A DNA stretch of 64,000 nt, from the IMG/VR virus record IMGVR_UViG_3300025693_000001. The stretch is one strand, 5' to 3'. Origin of the DNA: a virus. Its lineage: Duplodnaviria; Heunggongvirae; Uroviricota; Caudoviricetes. Of the stretch, positions 1-9,796 are shown in pieces. Position 1 is the stretch's first letter. Every line of letters starts with the position of its first letter. The position numbers and the translations under genes were made by a program. The notes beneath the pieces are model-generated. The model made no database searches. It had not been told where the DNA came from and saw only the letters and a program-made list of their open reading frames with translations.

Positions 1-682
1 CAAGGTCACCCTGACCTTTACCGATGTTGTATATCCACAACTCGTCAAATGAACCAGTTTCCGTTTGCTGCTTGTATATCAAGTGAGCGTTTGCTACCGT
101 ACGGATAACTCCGGTGCGATCTTCATCTTCACCATCATCTTCATCTTCGCCATCACCCAATTCCAATTCAGCATCCGGAGCTAGACTAGCCGATCCACCA
201 CTAGCAACCATATCATCATCACCAATACCACCACCACTACCGATATCTTGATCACCATCTTTACCAGTCAGCCCAGCTTCTTTAGCTAATCGTTCGTAAT
301 ACGACACTGCAGTTGAGTGGGTAACATTGATTTTCTGCTCGAATTGCTGTATGATGGCTTGACGCGATGCATCCGGTCTATTAATCAACGCTTGAAAAAG
401 CTGCCGAGCTGTATCAATCTTGTTGGGGCCACCTTTGCTACGGCCTGCAGACGTTTCCTCATCCTCTTCCGTTTGGTTGGGGACAGTTGATAGCACGTTG
501 GAAGTGAAAGCACTTCGTCCCCCACCCACCAATTCACACAACAAACTTTCAGAGAGGCTGGATACGTCAGCAGAACCACCATGATTCATTCCACGCCCGT
601 GTTCGGAAGTGGATGTTTTATTCAATTTTTTTGTCTGTTTTAAACGCATGTACTCGTTTAAACCTAAATGTTCTTTAGCCAT
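1..682 (-). CDS. Hypothetical acidic protein, 3' end outside window (possible virion/head protein)
   Basis: Read manually: ATG at 682, open to window edge (MAKEHLGLNEYMRLK...DEDDGEDEDRTGVIRTVANAHLIYKQQ...WIYNIGK); missing from the ORF track because it has no stop in the window; late-promoter-like GATAAATA at 711-718. Confidence 0.8.
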   Translation of the reverse strand, partial: MAKEHLGLNEYMRLKQTKKLNKTSTSEHGRGMNHGGSADVSSLSESLLCELVGGGRSAFTSNVLSTVPNQTEEDEETSAGRSKGGPNKIDTARQLFQALINRPDASRQAIIQQFEQKINVTHSTAVSYYERLAKEAGLTGKDGDQDIGSGGGIGDDDMVASGGSASLAPDAELELGDGEDEDDGEDEDRTGVIRTVANAHLIYKQQTETGSFDELWIYNIGKGQGDL

Positions 683-710
683 TATATGATCCTTGTTAAT
701 CTTGTATTGG

Positions 711-769
711 TATTTATCGTCACATAACGTAGGCGAACGGAATTAGCAGCGAAAAAACGCCCATAAATA
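711..769. promoter_or_regulatory. Divergent pair of T4-type late promoter motifs
   Basis: GATAAATA on minus strand (711-718) and CATAAATA on plus strand (762-769), each just upstream of a start codon. Confidence 0.6.
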
Positions 770-779
770 ACAAAAAACA

Positions 780-1256
780 ATGAAAAGGATACACATGACA
801 ACCACTACAACGAAAAAACGGATTAGAGGCAATCCAATCCCGCTAATCATAGAAAAGCACCCACCGGAGTACAACGGGTACCCTTTTATTACACTATTGC
901 AATATCGGGATGCTCAATTATTAACGATAGTTGATAACATAACAGACAAGCACGTTCGCACGTATGTGTTGGATTATTGTGGGCCTGCAGGGGTGCACGA
1001 AGAGCAGATTATAAACGCTGCATCAGATTGGTATTCAAATCACAAAGACGACTATCCAATCTCATTTGCGTTCTCTCAACTGGGTATTTCAGATGAGGTT
1101 AGCAAGATTTATAGAACACTCAACATTGAATTTGTTACGAGAGTGATTGGACCATTGCCCAAATTTGAAATGAACGAAGTTCACAGTATCAAGAGGAGAC
1201 GACGAAAAGCGATTCCTCTTGGTATGGAAGTTCACAAGAAACTATTGGTGTGTTAA
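780..1256 (+). CDS. Hypothetical phage protein
   Basis: 158-aa ORF with upstream CATAAATA; one of only two convincing plus-strand genes. Confidence 0.8.
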   Translation: MKRIHMTTTTTKKRIRGNPIPLIIEKHPPEYNGYPFITLLQYRDAQLLTIVDNITDKHVRTYVLDYCGPAGVHEEQIINAASDWYSNHKDDYPISFAFSQLGISDEVSKIYRTLNIEFVTRVIGPLPKFEMNEVHSIKRRRRKAIPLGMEVHKKLLVC

Positions 1257-1702
1257 AGTCGTGAGATGTTAGCGAGTGCGTTGATATCTTTAAACAAGGA
1301 AAGCGATTCACCTAAGGGTGCATCGCCTTGTCCATCCCCATCAGTATCCGGCGCTGGTGGTGCATCCGACGGCTGCTGGTTATCAACTTTGGCCAAATCA
1401 CTAAGATCTTTTGCGTCTGCAAATTTCTGACCTTCTGGAGTCAAGGCTCCGGTGTCATCGGTCATATTCTCATCAGCCATAGTTTTGATACCTTTGTCAG
1501 TGAGAGTAGCCCCAGAGTCATCAACAGCAATCAAACCCAGCTTTGCTAGAGTTTGTTGCGCTGATGCCATGTTGGTGCTATTGCGAGCTTGTTCACCAGC
1601 CACATTCGAATTAGCTGATGCTTTGATTTTCGCCATCACCAATTTTTGCGAATCGGATAGATGTACGTTTGTTAATACTTTAGTTTCGGTTAGTTTTTTC
1701 AT
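1253..1702 (-). CDS. Hypothetical protein (likely start MKKLTE at 1702), possible head-packaged protein
   Basis: CATAAATA at 1708-1715 lies immediately upstream of ATG 1702; the ORF-track extension to 1756 overlaps the upstream gene. Confidence 0.75.
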   Translation of the reverse strand: MKKLTETKVLTNVHLSDSQKLVMAKIKASANSNVAGEQARNSTNMASAQQTLAKLGLIAVDDSGATLTDKGIKTMADENMTDDTGALTPEGQKFADAKDLSDLAKVDNQQPSDAPPAPDTDGDGQGDAPLGESLSLFKDINALANISRL

Positions 1703-1710
1703 ATTGGTAT

Positions 1711-2739
1711 TTATGCATACCAATAGTACGCTCCTATGGCGGCAGTGATTAAACATGCTATTAACAACCCCAATATGCCAATCATATGCGAGATCTTAGT
1801 ACCAAAGTACATATTTGATATGCCCAAGCATTTGTGTGTTGGGGATATTAAATATCCCGCAAACTCAAAAACGATCACCAACGGCAATAGTGTGATGTTT
1901 GTTAAACTCACTATCAGTGCACCGATACCCGCATACTTCGATGACGATCCCATTATAACAGCCATTAAAGTACCAATAGCCAGTAACACAGGTACGGCAA
2001 ATTCACCATTCGTTATAAATGACGTAAACTCAGCATTGTATGTTTTCGCGTATGTACCCAATCCAATAATAACCCCTATACTACCCAACATCTTCCAACG
2101 TATGAACGACAATACGGTTTTGAGCGACGCATTTGATATGATTATTAACGCTGTTGCTATTATTGGGAACTGAACATAGAATGGATACGTTGCTGGATCG
2201 TACAACATCAACCCCAATCCTGAGAACATAATAGCTCCCACCCCAATAGTTTCTTTGGTACAAGGACTGGAGTCGTACTCTGGTGTTTCAACGTCTACAT
2301 CTTTCACGTAAAACATCACGATACCAAGCATAAACAACAAATACACAATCAGAGGAATAATCGTGGCTTGCATAAAGGTAAACCACGATATACCCAACAC
2401 ACTCATAAAAATCAACACACTCGGTTCTAACGGGCTCCACAAATAATAATGATGTGTTGCTATATAATCCAGTATACCCATCTTCTCGCGGTGTTTGCTT
2501 TTGCACAAACTGTCCATAATCGGAGCACTAACAGTACAGCGTCCCTCGATTGGGAATATACCACTCAAAGCCGATACTATAACGAGCGATGCTTTTTTAC
2601 TTCGCAGCGTGTTATTGAGCCATCGGTATAACGGAACGAAGTAATTTTCTGTTTTCACTACACCACCAATAATCATGGCGGCTAGCAATCCAACTAAGTA
2701 AATTTCTTTGTGTGCTATGGTTAACAATAAGTCTATCAC
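1711..2739 (-). CDS. Multi-pass membrane protein, DUF401 / ion-transporter (IT) superfamily-like
   Basis: About 10 hydrophobic segments; HHYYLWSPLEP and LISPTHKCL resemble DUF401-type motifs; GTG start at 2739 overlaps the upstream TGA. Confidence 0.6.
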   Translation of the reverse strand: MIDLLLTIAHKEIYLVGLLAAMIIGGVVKTENYFVPLYRWLNNTLRSKKASLVIVSALSGIFPIEGRCTVSAPIMDSLCKSKHREKMGILDYIATHHYYLWSPLEPSVLIFMSVLGISWFTFMQATIIPLIVYLLFMLGIVMFYVKDVDVETPEYDSSPCTKETIGVGAIMFSGLGLMLYDPATYPFYVQFPIIATALIIISNASLKTVLSFIRWKMLGSIGVIIGLGTYAKTYNAEFTSFITNGEFAVPVLLAIGTLMAVIMGSSSKYAGIGALIVSLTNITLLPLVIVFEFAGYLISPTHKCLGISNMYFGTKISHMIGILGLLIACLITAAIGAYYWYA

Positions 2740-3311
2740 ATCAACCCCCCTGCAACAAGATGCAATTGGATTACAATGGTTAGCGCATACGCAATCGCGT
2801 GGCATTGTTTGAAATAATACGTTTCGTCATCTGGTTTCATATATATGTATTTCCTAATTTTGTCTGGGTTTTTGATGTAGTTATCTATTAACCGGCGTTT
2901 TGCTGGTCGTATGAGAGCTATAGCATCCGCTAATGTAATTACTGATGTTGGTTTGATTCTGTAAATGAGATCGTAATGTTTCTTAATTTGGAACAACCGT
3001 TCGACCACTTCTTGCGATTCCAGCAGTGTCCAATCGGGTTCAATTTTAAGTAACTGCCGTATGTCTTCTTTGTTATCAAAGTTATCCAAGAACGATAGAT
3101 GCAGAAAATCAATTTTGAAGTAATCGAGATCCTCAGCCTCCTTGTACGGAATAGCTGCTAACTTTGATATTGTGTCTTGTGGTATGTTTTGAAAATAAAC
3201 ACCAGCTGGGTGTTTGGTTAATTTGCCATCTTTTGTAACCATCGATGCTCCGATAGCTTTGAAGTGGTCCATTGGATTAAATGTTGTTGGTAAATCTAGG
3301 TCGACATCCAT
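2736..3311 (-). CDS. dnaE: DNA polymerase III alpha-like fragment (catalytic palm/fingers portion)
   Basis: MDVDLD (cf. PDxDxD), HPAGV, KIDFLHL (cf. KFDFLGL), ALIRP, YYFKQCHAIAYA (cf. YGFNKSHSAAYA). Confidence 0.85.
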   Translation of the reverse strand: MDVDLDLPTTFNPMDHFKAIGASMVTKDGKLTKHPAGVYFQNIPQDTISKLAAIPYKEAEDLDYFKIDFLHLSFLDNFDNKEDIRQLLKIEPDWTLLESQEVVERLFQIKKHYDLIYRIKPTSVITLADAIALIRPAKRRLIDNYIKNPDKIRKYIYMKPDDETYYFKQCHAIAYALTIVIQLHLVAGGLM

Positions 3312-3333
3312 ATTTTGATATAAGTTGTGGGTG

Positions 3334-3403
3334 GTACAATCACGCGCGTGATTATAATGTTATAGATACGCGTGATTGTACATAGGTTTGGTGAATACAT
3401 CAA
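3334..3403 (-). promoter_or_regulatory. Sigma70-type promoter overlapped by an inverted repeat and a palindrome
   Basis: TTGATG-17-TACAAT (3403-3375); 13-bp inverted repeat 3334-3346/3369-3381; 16-bp palindrome AATCACGCGCGTGATT 3338-3353. Confidence 0.55.
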
Positions 3404-3429
3404 CTGCACATTTCTGTGCTACCCACTCA

Positions 3430-4401
3430 CTATCCCAATCCGTAAAACTCAACCAGTTGTCCAACTGTTGGGATTGACCCACCATTGAATGTTACGGTAG
3501 ATGGAGCAGTAGAAACGTAGTTGTGCGAGCCGCTATCAATTTGTTTAATACCATCAACGAACGTAAGCAGTGTTGCAGCTCCCACCGTTGGAGTATTGAA
3601 TGCAAATCCAACAACAAAAACATCTCCCGCATCGCCCTGTTGTGTTACCGCAACCGAGAATCCCGTGTCAACATCAAGTGCATCAGCAACAGGCCCAGTC
3701 GAAGCGTTGGTAACGGTCACAACAGCCCCCAAGACGGAAGCTCCCAAGCTACCCTCCCCATCAATTACCGATTGCATCTGGGAAGCAATAGAAACATCAG
3801 TCACATCGCGTGCAACCGATACCGCCAACCCAGTACCACCAGGAGCGGGATTTACACTAGGTGCGATGCCTTGAGTTGTAGTCGTGATCACGAATGTTGT
3901 GTTGAAATCGGTAGCATCCGTTGCTACATCAGCCACAGCATTCGTTACTGTTACTGTATTCGTGACCACTGATGCGCTAAAGGCTGGCAAGCCGGTTATT
4001 GCTGCTTGTGTCAGTCCCGCTATAGTATCAGCAGTCGCTCCAGCGGTATACACCACAGGAATCGCCGTACCACCCGGAGCAGGGTCAACACCCGTACCAT
4101 CAGAATACCATACGTAATATGTTACTGTTGGAGAATATATGAAAAAGTATTGATTGTTTAAGCTACTCGCGACGTCCGCCACGGTAACTATATCTGTAAT
4201 TTCAGACACACCAGCAACATCCAACCACACATAATAACTTGTAGTGGTTGATGTTAATGTGAAATGAGTTCCACCCAAACTACCAGCCACATCCGCAATG
4301 GTTGTGACATCTGTAATTTCAGGTAACGGTCCAACTGCAGTTTGAAGTTCATATAGAGCTTCTTTTTGAAATTGTTCCGTTCGTAATTTAGTTTGTACCA
4401 T
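3430..4401 (-). CDS. Virion structural / tail-associated protein with nested repeat domain
   Basis: Thr/Val/Ala/Gly-rich beta-type composition; two YYVW...PAPGG domain copies; C-terminal FVDGIKQ...YV motif shared with neighbours. Confidence 0.7.
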   Translation of the reverse strand: MVQTKLRTEQFQKEALYELQTAVGPLPEITDVTTIADVAGSLGGTHFTLTSTTTSYYVWLDVAGVSEITDIVTVADVASSLNNQYFFIYSPTVTYYVWYSDGTGVDPAPGGTAIPVVYTAGATADTIAGLTQAAITGLPAFSASVVTNTVTVTNAVADVATDATDFNTTFVITTTTQGIAPSVNPAPGGTGLAVSVARDVTDVSIASQMQSVIDGEGSLGASVLGAVVTVTNASTGPVADALDVDTGFSVAVTQQGDAGDVFVVGFAFNTPTVGAATLLTFVDGIKQIDSGSHNYVSTAPSTVTFNGGSIPTVGQLVEFYGLG

Positions 4402-4410
4402 CGTTTAATC

Positions 4411-7400
4411 CTATTGTTCGAATGCGTATATCACTACGATATCATCCACCACCAATGCTGCGGTAAATGTTAATTGGTTCGCTCCAGTTACTGTGTAGTT
4501 TCTGGCAGCTCCTTCCATTTGCAGCAATCCATTCAAAAACACTTGCATGTATGCTCGTGACGCTGTGTTTGCTGTTGTTTTTAGTGTGGTATTGATGATA
4601 GTTTCTCCACCAACACTCACGAATTCTTCATACGTCGGTATAGCTCTATCATCAACATATGCTTTGTTTGGTATATCGTTTGCAGCAGTCACCAACGCTT
4701 CGTAGCTGGCAGTACTCGAACTTAATGTACCATCAACCTCCACAACAAATCTACCAATACCAGCTGTACCCAATGTGATATCAGTTACGGCATCGATAGT
4801 CAATTGACCGGCAGCTGAGGTTGTGATGGCTGTTGATGTGTCGCCTGTGAATGTGTATGTAACACCTTCATTCACTCTATCCGTTGATACTGCTGTTGCG
4901 GTTACCGAAAGTCCAACTAGCCCACCGAAAGTTAAATCAACAGATGTTGCTGTCGCATACATTCCAGTCGTCTCGTCGGTGGTGAACGTGTATGAAGGTA
5001 TAGCTGCTGTGCCATATGGCGTCAATACTTTAGTTGTTGTTTGTATATCACCTGCAACATTCAACCACACATCTAATGTTGGTGGTATGGTGTTTATACC
5101 AACTCTACCATCAAATTGAACATCAGGCGTGAATATCGTTTTTGCTGTGCTCATAGTGTATACATCTACACCATCAACCGCCATTGATAACACACCAGCG
5201 TTCAAATACATTCCAGTATCCAATGCACTGGTAAATGAATATGTTGGGCTGGCTGCTGTTTGATCCGACCCACGGATTTGACTGTTAACTTGCACATCAC
5301 CAGTCACTTCAAGCCAAACAGGAGCACCAGATGGTGGAACATTGTTAATACCGATAGGTGAGTTGAATCGAGAAGATCCTGTCACATCAAACGCATATGA
5401 TGGTACCATATTAATACCAACCCTATCCGCTGCGGTATTGATATACAACGTGTCGGTGTTGACATACATTTTGTCATTGTCAATGTGCATACGAACAACA
5501 GATCCGACAGTAGAGTCTGTCCCCGATCGAACTTCGAAACCACCTGTCACTCCGCCATCGGATTCATAATTCACGTACATGTTGTTTTCTGCAGCGATTA
5601 TCCCATCACCAGTGAATCGAACATCGGACCCCACCGCAGCATTCCCATCACCTTCATTGAAATACAAATTTTCTTTGATCTGCAATAGTGCTGTTGGGTT
5701 AGCTGTCGTATTGATTCCAACATTACCACCACCATTAACCATGCGGATGTGGTTTGTCACATTCGAGTTAATTTCCAGAGGAGTACCAGTTGCTGTACCA
5801 TCTACTGAAACATTGCCATGTCGAACACCCGCAATATCAAAGTGCACGTCAGATGCCTGTCCAGCCAATGCATTTAATTCCAACTCAGCGTTTAGGCCAG
5901 TATCAGCGTTTATGGTTATTCCATTTCCCTCAACTGTTAATGTGTTGGCTATGGTTGGCAATCCATCGTTACCTATTCCAACTTTACCGTGGAAATACGA
6001 TTCAACGGAACCATTACCACCACCGATAACTTCCAAATTATCCGCAGTACGAATCCACCCATCATGTTCAACGCGTAATCGTTCGGTTCCATTCGTTGAC
6101 ATTACTCGAAAAATAGGATCCAGTGCGTTTGGGTTGACCTCGGTCCACACAACAACACCAGCTTCATCTGTGCCGGTATATCCAACTGGCAATCCAGCTT
6201 CGTCCGCCGTTATGTATATGTCGGTCGTTGGATCTAGTACATTTTGTGGATCGCGGAAGATTAGGGCTCCATTATCCAGATCAAAGTGATTTGACCATAT
6301 GGTACCATCATAAAACTTAAAGCCTTCTTCACCAGCTAGAGTCTTATACCACCATTGCCCAACAAGTGGATCACCAACTGGTGTAGTACCAATATTTGAG
6401 TTCAATTCTGGTGACAGATCAGCTGCAAAATTTTCAGTCATCCTAACCATATTCTCAACGATCATCTCACCATAATTCATCACACCACGACCTGGTAATT
6501 TTAGTGATGTATTCGGATCCAAGTTCACATATTCAGCATAACCATACGGTAGTGTAATTGGAGTGTTTAAATTATCCCGAATAGTACCATGGGTAACAGG
6601 GATTATCGTCTCGGTTGTGTTTATTCCTGGTAGCACAGACACAACACTAAATGATGTATTGACATCCATTGCTGTGGATGTGATCCCAATATCCGTTGCT
6701 GTAACGGTAACTGTATCAGTCAACACCGAAGCTCCAAACGAAAGAACCAAGTCGATAGCCGCCTGTGTTAACGATGCTATCGTAGCGGCTGTATCGTTTT
6801 GGGTGTATACTACAGGAATTGCTATACCACCTGGAGCCGGATCGGCACCCGTACCGTCCGAATACCACACATAGTACGCTGCATTTGGTGAGTACAACAT
6901 AAAGTATTTGTTGTTTAGGCTACCCGTCACATCATCTACCGTGGTAATATCCGTAACTGCTTGTGCGCCGGATGCTGGTCCAAGTGCTGTTATCGTATAT
7001 GTGGCATTGATGTCACCCGATTGAGCAACGGTGAACTGGAACCCACTAACAAATCTAGTGGTTACATCACCCCCGACAACGAACACGTGAGCCATCACAA
7101 CACCATCAGCGACCGCACTAACAAACGCTTCAACTGTCACGATAAGTGTGCTTCCACCAACGTATGATACTGATTGAACGGTATACGTACCGTTGTTGCC
7201 CGATGAGTCCGCTATTTGGAACTGAAACCCCACACGAAATATTAGTGTTTCGTCTCCGATCACTGATATGGTGTTCGTTCCAGGTGTTGCCACCGTTACT
7301 GGGAACGTTGGTCGAGCTTGTAGTATCTGTCTTGGTGTTGATGTATTATCTGGTCCATTGAATTCCAATGGGTGTAGCGTAGCTAGCACACTACCATTCG

Positions 7401-7428
7401 ATAAGTTTATATCATATTGACTTGTCAT
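4411..7428 (-). CDS. Tail fibre-like protein
   Basis: 1005 aa; L-x-G-x-G-x-x-x-YGE...EN...ENFA domain shared with 7448, 21418 and 23194 genes; VGIN repeats, PxYxFxxDxxTGMY repeats, IPNKAYVD. Confidence 0.75.
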   Translation of the reverse strand: MTSQYDINLSNGSVLATLHPLEFNGPDNTSTPRQILQARPTFPVTVATPGTNTISVIGDETLIFRVGFQFQIADSSGNNGTYTVQSVSYVGGSTLIVTVEAFVSAVADGVVMAHVFVVGGDVTTRFVSGFQFTVAQSGDINATYTITALGPASGAQAVTDITTVDDVTGSLNNKYFMLYSPNAAYYVWYSDGTGADPAPGGIAIPVVYTQNDTAATIASLTQAAIDLVLSFGASVLTDTVTVTATDIGITSTAMDVNTSFSVVSVLPGINTTETIIPVTHGTIRDNLNTPITLPYGYAEYVNLDPNTSLKLPGRGVMNYGEMIVENMVRMTENFAADLSPELNSNIGTTPVGDPLVGQWWYKTLAGEEGFKFYDGTIWSNHFDLDNGALIFRDPQNVLDPTTDIYITADEAGLPVGYTGTDEAGVVVWTEVNPNALDPIFRVMSTNGTERLRVEHDGWIRTADNLEVIGGGNGSVESYFHGKVGIGNDGLPTIANTLTVEGNGITINADTGLNAELELNALAGQASDVHFDIAGVRHGNVSVDGTATGTPLEINSNVTNHIRMVNGGGNVGINTTANPTALLQIKENLYFNEGDGNAAVGSDVRFTGDGIIAAENNMYVNYESDGGVTGGFEVRSGTDSTVGSVVRMHIDNDKMYVNTDTLYINTAADRVGINMVPSYAFDVTGSSRFNSPIGINNVPPSGAPVWLEVTGDVQVNSQIRGSDQTAASPTYSFTSALDTGMYLNAGVLSMAVDGVDVYTMSTAKTIFTPDVQFDGRVGINTIPPTLDVWLNVAGDIQTTTKVLTPYGTAAIPSYTFTTDETTGMYATATSVDLTFGGLVGLSVTATAVSTDRVNEGVTYTFTGDTSTAITTSAAGQLTIDAVTDITLGTAGIGRFVVEVDGTLSSSTASYEALVTAANDIPNKAYVDDRAIPTYEEFVSVGGETIINTTLKTTANTASRAYMQVFLNGLLQMEGAARNYTVTGANQLTFTAALVVDDIVVIYAFEQ

Positions 7429-7447
7429 TTTTTGTTATTTCCTTATA

Positions 7448-9757
7448 TTATGGTTGTGGTGTGCGATCATATAATGGTACATTAGCCACATTTACTTCTA
7501 TCGGTGTTGCAATTGGTGGTATGTTACCAGCGGAGAATACGAATTTGGTTGATGCCCTTCCGACCCGACCAACTTCTCGATATCCCCACGTCGATGGAGC
7601 CGGTGGATTGCCACCCGCTGTCCCATTTCCGTCATTTGCCTTGCCGCTATTAATGGATGCTGCTGGTATTGTGTATGTGTATGTCCGTCCACCTTCATCT
7701 GTTCCACCAATTATGGCTGCAAACAATGGAGTGTTAGCTCCACCATCACCATCAATCAACGTTACTGATGACTCAGCACCAGGGAACGATGAATAAAATG
7801 TTATGTGGGCATCTGTTACAGCAACACCAAACGGTGGGATAGCATCTGTCGACTGACCACTAAAATTAATCGGATTTGCGTCAGCGACTGTCAGCATCTC
7901 GCCAACCAACGACCCGATGTTACTCGCATTCGCCCCATCAACCAACACTGTAATCACACCCGAATCACTAGCCGTTCCAGCGTTTAGTTGTATTTGGAAC
8001 GCATAGGTAACAGCTGAACTCAATCCAGTTGGCATGCCTGGCCAGATTTGATCCGTGTCAGTCAGCACATCAACAACACCCATTGTTGCGTTCACTTCAA
8101 GAAAACCATACTCATCAGCGTATTGTTTAACACCATTCACGTACAGCTCCAAATTTCCGTAACCAGGCACATAATCATACCCCAAATCGCCGTGTGTACC
8201 AGATACTGAGTTTCCGATATCAACTTCACTAACACCTTTCGATGCTATTACCGCTCTATTCGGACGGCGAACCATATCACCGAGGGTCTTATTCAGATCA
8301 CCCAACACATTATCCAGAGGAATGTTTGGATATTCTGGATTGTCATAAAAAGCATGCTCAAGGTACAGATCGAACATCCCCTGAAACAGATTTGGTTGCG
8401 CAATTTGGTGGAATACCGAATCGGAGGTTGTTCCACCCGCAGCGAAACCAGCTACAACAATCTGTGGTAATCCGTTCGTTCTCGTTAGTGTTAATTCTTG
8501 ATTTATGTTATCGAAAAAGCCACCATTGACAACCCCATCACCCGATGCTGATATCGCACCAGCCAATTCAACATCAACGTATTCTTTCGTTGCTGCTTGT
8601 AAGTTTGTTGTTGGGTTGGAATTGAGGAACAAATTGCCAGACATTGTCCCACCTGTGGTGAATAGTACATTCGCGTTTGTTAAAAACGATGATGCTCCAA
8701 CATTCGTCCAAATGGCCCCATCGAATTGTAGCAGGTCATCCTCCGCGATGGGATCACCGTAAATGACATCATATAGATCTGTAACAATCGTGGGGATGGC
8801 AGCTTCTACATCAACCGCAACACCATCGACGTATGCTTTTGTTGCAGCGTCTTGTGCCGAAATCGGAGTTGTCACTCGTCTGATTAGGTTATCATTCATA
8901 TCGATTCCCACACCCCCACCAACAGCACTCACCATGGTGCCACCGGTCAACGGCAAGAATCCGGTATCACTACCCGTTTGGTTTCTCCAAATCGATCCAT
9001 CATATATCAACACACTACCCAATACTGGGGATGATAACTGAACATCTGTCAATTCGCCGAGTTCGTTGTTGGCAGCAATCTGCGTATCAACGTAACTTTT
9101 GTTTACAGCATCGCTTGTGTTGAATGGTGTTGCCAGATCAGTAACCGTAAATCCATTTGCTGATATGTCACCATACAATCCGGTGTTGTTCTGGATAAGA
9201 TATTCCCACCCCCCAATGTACTTACCGATTAGTCCCGATGGTGGTGCAGGTAACAACGACATTACTGTGTTACCGCTACTATCGATGGCAGATGTGGATA
9301 TCAGAAACTCACTCTGAGCATCTGTGGTACCAGCTTCAATGATCCGTAGTTGACTTCCAGGTACCAATCTAGCCGTCTCATCACCAACGATCGTAATGTA
9401 ATTGACAAGAGAATTGTGTGGAGCGACATTCGGTAGGATAACATGCTTACGTGTATTGAACACTCTCAGCACGTAGTCGTCTGTTGACCGGTCTAACCAC
9501 ACCTGCCCCCCGATCGGATATGTTGGTTCTATCGCACCAGCAAAATGCTCCATGGTGTGTAGGATATCTTCCTGTATTCGTTCGCCGTAGTTTGGTGAAC
9601 CCTTACCATGCAACAGCAAGCTTGTTGCAGCGGAAGCAGCTTTTGAGTCTAGTGTGTTGGTTGTTGGATTTTCTGGACCATTTGTAGTGTACGCGTTTAA
9701 CTGGAAACTGCGATTCTCATTTTTGTCAGTAAAATCAATTGTGTAGTTATTTGCCAT
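7448..9757 (-). CDS. Tail fibre-like protein
   Basis: 769 aa; shared N-terminal domain; repeated DAVNKSYVD/DAATKAYVD/QAATKEYVD fibre motifs; CATAAATA at 9798-9805. Confidence 0.75.
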   Translation of the reverse strand: MANNYTIDFTDKNENRSFQLNAYTTNGPENPTTNTLDSKAASAATSLLLHGKGSPNYGERIQEDILHTMEHFAGAIEPTYPIGGQVWLDRSTDDYVLRVFNTRKHVILPNVAPHNSLVNYITIVGDETARLVPGSQLRIIEAGTTDAQSEFLISTSAIDSSGNTVMSLLPAPPSGLIGKYIGGWEYLIQNNTGLYGDISANGFTVTDLATPFNTSDAVNKSYVDTQIAANNELGELTDVQLSSPVLGSVLIYDGSIWRNQTGSDTGFLPLTGGTMVSAVGGGVGIDMNDNLIRRVTTPISAQDAATKAYVDGVAVDVEAAIPTIVTDLYDVIYGDPIAEDDLLQFDGAIWTNVGASSFLTNANVLFTTGGTMSGNLFLNSNPTTNLQAATKEYVDVELAGAISASGDGVVNGGFFDNINQELTLTRTNGLPQIVVAGFAAGGTTSDSVFHQIAQPNLFQGMFDLYLEHAFYDNPEYPNIPLDNVLGDLNKTLGDMVRRPNRAVIASKGVSEVDIGNSVSGTHGDLGYDYVPGYGNLELYVNGVKQYADEYGFLEVNATMGVVDVLTDTDQIWPGMPTGLSSAVTYAFQIQLNAGTASDSGVITVLVDGANASNIGSLVGEMLTVADANPINFSGQSTDAIPPFGVAVTDAHITFYSSFPGAESSVTLIDGDGGANTPLFAAIIGGTDEGGRTYTYTIPAASINSGKANDGNGTAGGNPPAPSTWGYREVGRVGRASTKFVFSAGNIPPIATPIEVNVANVPLYDRTPQP

Positions 9758-9796
9758 TTGCTGTCCTCTGAATAAGTCGAATGTGGCTGTATTCTT

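Noticed and set aside
385-582. 65-aa minus-strand ORF from the track
   Set aside because: Out-of-frame overlap within the longer gene starting at 682.
2736-3311. Split-intein DnaE as in cyanobacteria
   Set aside because: Neither fragment has intein sequence at the junction ends.
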